From Massalongia carnosa (taxonomy: Eukaryota): DNA of 64,000 nt. Shown piece after piece: positions 59,154-64,000 of the stretch. The notes below the pieces were generated by a model. The model saw nothing but the letters and a program-made list of their open reading frames with translations. It did not search any database and was not told the DNA's origin. Position 1 is the stretch's first letter. Each line of letters opens with the position of its first letter. The DNA lies in contig OZ287072.1 of the NCBI GenBank assembly GCA_965645245.1, forward strand, positions 620,001 through 684,000. Direction: 5' to 3'. The translations under genes were made by a program, and so were the position numbers.

Positions 59154-62100
59154 ACGCATATCCCCCAATCGCGAATATCCACTCTTACATAACGAAAGAC
59201 GTGCAGTAGGCAAGGCGATGCATGTAATACCGTTTAGCAACCTGCGAATAGAAATACATGAAACTTTCTAAAAACAATGCAAAACCTCCGTCATTTTATG
59301 CTTTGGCTGTATTGCAATCACACTTGGAGCTACATTCTCACCCCTCTCCCCCAAAGCCTTCATCTTCAAGGTTCTTCTCTCTTCCTATCTACCAAGTTTC
59401 CATTGAACAAAAAGATTCATCCACGCGATCAAATGCCGATGTCTAGGACGGGTTTCCCATCACGCCACCTCCCACCCTTCTTTCCTTCCTGATACGGCTG
59501 ATCCCTCCCCTCCGTCCACTACTCCCACATCTGTTGCTCCTTACCCCTTCCTCCGCTCCATTTCACTTCTCTCCTTCGTGTCTACTCCCCCTCACTTACC
59601 ATATCCCTTTCGCTGGCTTGAAGGCATCACCATCTCACTTTGTCCTTGTGCTGCCCTGTGGACCTTGTGGGTATATTCGCCAGTTTCAAGGCCGAGCGTT
59701 TTTCGCCGCCGGGTATTTCTGCCTGGGACGTTTGAAAAAAATGATATTGTTAAGAGGGTGGGGTGTTAAAACGGGCAGACGATGCCAAATACCGAAACCA
59801 GCTGACAAAGCAATTTGCATCTACCTCGGCAAAAAATGGCCTGTGGCGGTGGCAAAATTGGTATAGAGTCAGAAATCGCATCGGAAGAGACAACGATAAG
59901 ATGGGAATGGAGGCTTCTGGAATGGCTGGTGGACGGGCATAAATAGGAGCAGTTTTACCCTACTTAGTGGTAGAAAGTCAATCATTTCTCCCAGTTTGTT
60001 TTGCATGTGCAGGAACTCGTTTGTCGAACCAGTCATATCAATTGCCCAGTGCTACGATTCCGCCTGTTGCAGTCACAGTTCCAACGGAGGAGGCGAAATG
60101 AGAGGATGCGAAAGGCAATAACGTTAGTGAATGAACTGAGAACATGAGGAAAACTTGTCATGTTGAATCCCAAAGCTTAGTTTGTAATGATCTAATTCGA
60201 GAGCTTCCAACCATGAAAACGGAGTTCAGCTTTCTAGGCCACGATTTCCACGATGGGAAGAGTCGTCGATCAATATTCCTAGGCATGGTCTCGATATGAG
60301 GTGCTGGATTATTCCAAAAATAGCCCCAAAAATAATTATCCATTGACGATATTATTTAGATATTATTGGGAGGGGGGGGAATCCAAGGACCGTACATGTT
60401 TCTCCCTGGTTAGGCCTGGTTAGGACGATATGCTCCTCTATGAGGAAATTCCCTTCATTGTTGCCATTTTTGTCTCCGGTCGGCCAGGCACTTTGGATTC
60501 GTTATGCAGCTAGTTAATGGATGTGCGCCACGGCCATCGGCTGTATCCGTTCATATGTATTCCGTGCGTACATATCTGCTTGAAACTGATGATTGATTGG
60601 GGTTAGCTGTCTTTTTGGATCGGATCTGGGTTGACTTGTTTGTAATTGGTGTTCCTGAAGATGGTATCTACCTATGTATCATAACGTATAAGTTGGCAGA
60701 TGGCGACTTGCCCAATGTTTGATCAAGGATGCTTTTCAGGCATCGCTACGATAGACTCCTTTCAGCCATCTTAGTTCAATAAGTAAGAGTCGTAGAATAT
60801 TCCCATCTCGCCAACTTAAGATTTTAGAGAAACGACCAAAGTATAGAGTACGAGAAAGTAGTTAGATACGAATGCGAAGCAGCTGCGTGTTCGTGGTTTC
60901 GGTTTCGTATTCGAAGCGTGTAAATTTGCTCCAAATCTCGACAACACGTTTACTCTGCATCATTAATCCTTCCTCTATGCGTCATGCTTCCCACACAGAG
61001 TCGGTGCTTCGAAGGGTCGAGTAAGAGGCATGGCATCACTCGAAGAGTATAGAAGACTCGACCCAAAGACTGTATCTAACGCAATCGACCTTTTGGACGG
61101 CAGTCTCAAACGAGCTCTCATGATCCCACCAGGCTTCTGTGGCGTCTCCATAGAACGCCACAACAGTGTCCCGATATACGTTGCCCAGACGCGTACGAAT
61201 ACAAAGTACGAAGTAACTATATGCAGTCCCCAACTTCGCTGACTAAATGTAGAATATAGAGTGATAGGGTGAATCCTCTGGCCCGAGGTCGGTTCTGCCG
61301 CCCTACCGAAGAAAACAAATCCCAGTGTTCCGGCATGGTGGCAGTGCTACACGACCCGAAAGGGATAGATCAGCCAGGTACCAATCCAGCGTGACTGAGC
61401 GTCGGGATTCATCGCTTCGTTATCGTCATGCGTCAGAACTGATAAGCTTTTCTCGTCGTGTCTGACTTTCCTGGTCGCTAAGTCTCGGTCTCACCTTCAC
61501 CACCACGAGGGTTCTCGTCGTGCATGGTTCTCCTTCAACCCCTGATTGAAAAAGTACCTAGATTTATTGCAATATGCCCTTCGAACGTCAGATGCTGCGG
61601 ATGTCCTCGCGCACTTATATCTGTTATCTTGAAGTCGACTGATTCTACATATCTGTACCCTGTGCAGATTTCTGAAAAATCGAGTCATGTAAAAGGAACT
61701 TGCTCTTGCAGATTTCCGCAGAGAAGTCCTAGGATTCAGTGGTCAGACCCAGCTGTATTTTGCTCGAACCATTGCAATGTTTTCCAGTGTTTTTCAGATA
61801 CGCTCGTGTCCAGCAAAAGCGCTCCGCTTGAGCTGAATCTAGCTTTTCGGTAGCTGACGTGGTGCAATTAATGATCAACAACGCAAAGCGCCATGTAACG
61901 ATTGCGGAGGACAGCAAACCATGGGTCAGTTTTGAGGACAATATGCCACATGGGACGGATGGCATGCAGGGTTAGCATCCGAAATTGAGGCTGCGTCTGG
62001 CTGCTGCATGATGCCTCTAGTTCCATTTTGAGAAGCGAAATTGCCTTTGGGTTTCGATTGGGGAATCCTTATTATGTGACCATTGTTGCGTTCAGAATTA

Positions 62101-62421
62101 CCTGTCAATTCTTTCGGGTATTGCTTTTTCATACTTTCTTTTGACTCTAATTGCTTTATTTTCTTTCAACCACTTCGTTTTGACGGATTCCTCGCTCTTC
62201 ATTATCATTGTCGTTTTAGTTTCTAGTCTACGCTGCTCTCTCCAAATTTTCACAGCATCCAGTCAAGTTTGATCGACTTCAGCTTCGCCTTTTGCAGAGT
62301 TGCTGAGAGCAAGTTTTCGGCCGTGAGCGAAGAGCAGGTTTAACCATTGCTTTTATGTTTCGTTTTCCCATTTAGTTGGTTCACAATCCTTCAGCTTACC
62401 CCTAACTCTGATACGATCATC

Positions 62422-64000
62422 ATGAACGCCTTCAAGTCCTACCTCCACCCGGCGGACGCTCCAAAACCGTCTACACCTACCTCCAGCAATCAAAATGCAG
62501 CTCCTGGCTCTGCTGGATCCAACTCCGGGACGAGGCGGGGTAGCATACGATCTCACATTTCATCATCGGGTGCTGCTACTCCTCACTCCCTTCATCCACA
62601 TGGCGATTTCAGAAATAACGCCCAGGAACAGATTGAAGAGATTAAGTCTGATATTGCAATCAATTGGGTCTATAACTTGCAGAACAAACGGATGTGGAAT
62701 GGCCGTGGCCTAGGCGAAGGGGTAGTCTTGAGGAAAGCGTCAAAGTCATTCATGTCCTGCCCGGCCGAGCTCAGCCTTGATACTGGCGGCTTGTTTGACG
62801 CAGCATGCGAGCTTGATACCAGAGTATGCTGAGGCTCCGGCTGAACCTCATTGGCTGTTCCACGCTAATAATATCAGGTCTTGATGACTGTTAACACCAG
62901 AGTCATCAATCTTCTCCTGCAACGCAACGATCTTATCAATATCGATTTACGCGACGGACTCCGCGTTCAGATTCTTCCAAGCATTATGTTCCTTGCTAAC
63001 TGCCAGAGGCATCAGAATGCCGCTTTTATCAAAGACCGCGCCATACTAGTCGTATGGGCTGATAGCCCCCAAGAAGTGATATCTAGGGCGGAATATATTG
63101 AAGCCAAGATGATGGAAATATTTGCCCGAGGTCTAGATCCATACGACGAGAAGTCTGGTGAAGGCGATAACCCACCAGTTTTCGGCAATGAGGCAACCCT
63201 AGGCACTGAGCAGGTAGATATTCCTCGAGAGGATGGACTAACGGAAGGCCCCCGGAAGATTGTTCTGAACCAGGCGGTGTTGTGTGCTATTACAATCATG
63301 CTCATTATAGCGGCTCTTGGTACTGGTTGGCGGCAGATTGCTATTGAGATCGCGGTCGACCATAAGTACCTTCGCCTGGCATTTTTCATAGTGGTGCCTT
63401 TGCAAGTGTGGCTTGCCTTGGTATGTATTTCTTGCAGATTGGGCAAGGGTTTTTCTGACTTAGCATGTTTAATATCTAGTTCTTCATGCAATCTGTTGCA
63501 GGATCTGTGGCCCAGTTGATCGGGCCTTCCAGGCAGATGATCCAAAACTCCAAGTACTTCTCCGGCCTAGCGCCGCGCCGCATTACAGGTAGAGAGCTTC
63601 CACATGTCACAATTCAGTGTCCAGTCTACAAGGAAGGCCTTTATTCAGTGATTGACCCGACGGTCAAATCACTGAAAGCTGCAATATCCACCTACGAAAT
63701 GCAAGGAGGAAAAGCTAACATTTTCATCAATGATGATGGTATGCAAATAATTTCCCCTGAAGATGCGGAGGAAAGGAGAAGTTACTATGAACAGCAGAGG
63801 ATTGGTTGGGTCGCTCGGCCAAAGCACAACGCAAAGCCAGCTGACGGCGGTGAAGCCTTTATCCGCGCGGGTAAATTTAAAAAAGCTTCCAATATGAATT
63901 ACGCAATGGCCGTCAGCGCTAGAGTGGAGGACAAACTTGCCAGCATACAGCGTGGAGAGAAATGGAACCAAGAAGCCGAAAATGAAGTGTATCAACGATG
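62422..64000 (+). CDS. Fungal glycosyltransferase family 2 membrane protein (runs off the window end)
   Basis: GLRVQILP..CQRHQNAAFI, two TM helices, LPHVTIQCPVYKEGL, INDDG and RAGKFKKASNMNYA. Introns ~62824-62877 and 63421-63479. Confidence 0.9.

Overview
This window looks like intron-containing filamentous ascomycete (Pezizomycotina) DNA. The first ~43 kb is a transposon-rich accessory region. It holds two nested TE piles (pogo/Fot1, Tc1, piggyBac-like, two Tad1-clade LINEs, a chromovirus fragment) flanking an island of intact genes. The last ~13 kb holds housekeeping-type genes (RfeG-like protein, HIU hydrolase, GET3, a GT2 glycosyltransferase). The main discovery is a candidate dikaritin-type fungal RiPP system at 20.0-25.8 kb. 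A two-exon 62-aa secreted precursor (MSRIWFVIAVASLALAVFSMPTPGRTAEIGRR-DLETFGDIIAT-KKR-GEAFGDADEAYLLVDG), absent from the ORF track, lies divergent from a UstYa/DUF3328 oxidase with both HxxHC motifs and directly upstream of an M13 (neprilysin-like) metallopeptidase. Other notable items are an intact DD37E Tc1-like element with CAC..GTG ends and an apparent 5-bp non-TA target duplication, a piggyBac-like element flanked by TA rather than TTAA, a Russian-doll nest with insertions into other elements' TIRs, a LINE insertion carrying a chromovirus 3' fragment, and a conserved UNCG-tetraloop hairpin at both LINE 3' ends. All family calls come from motif recognition by eye; no database searches were run.
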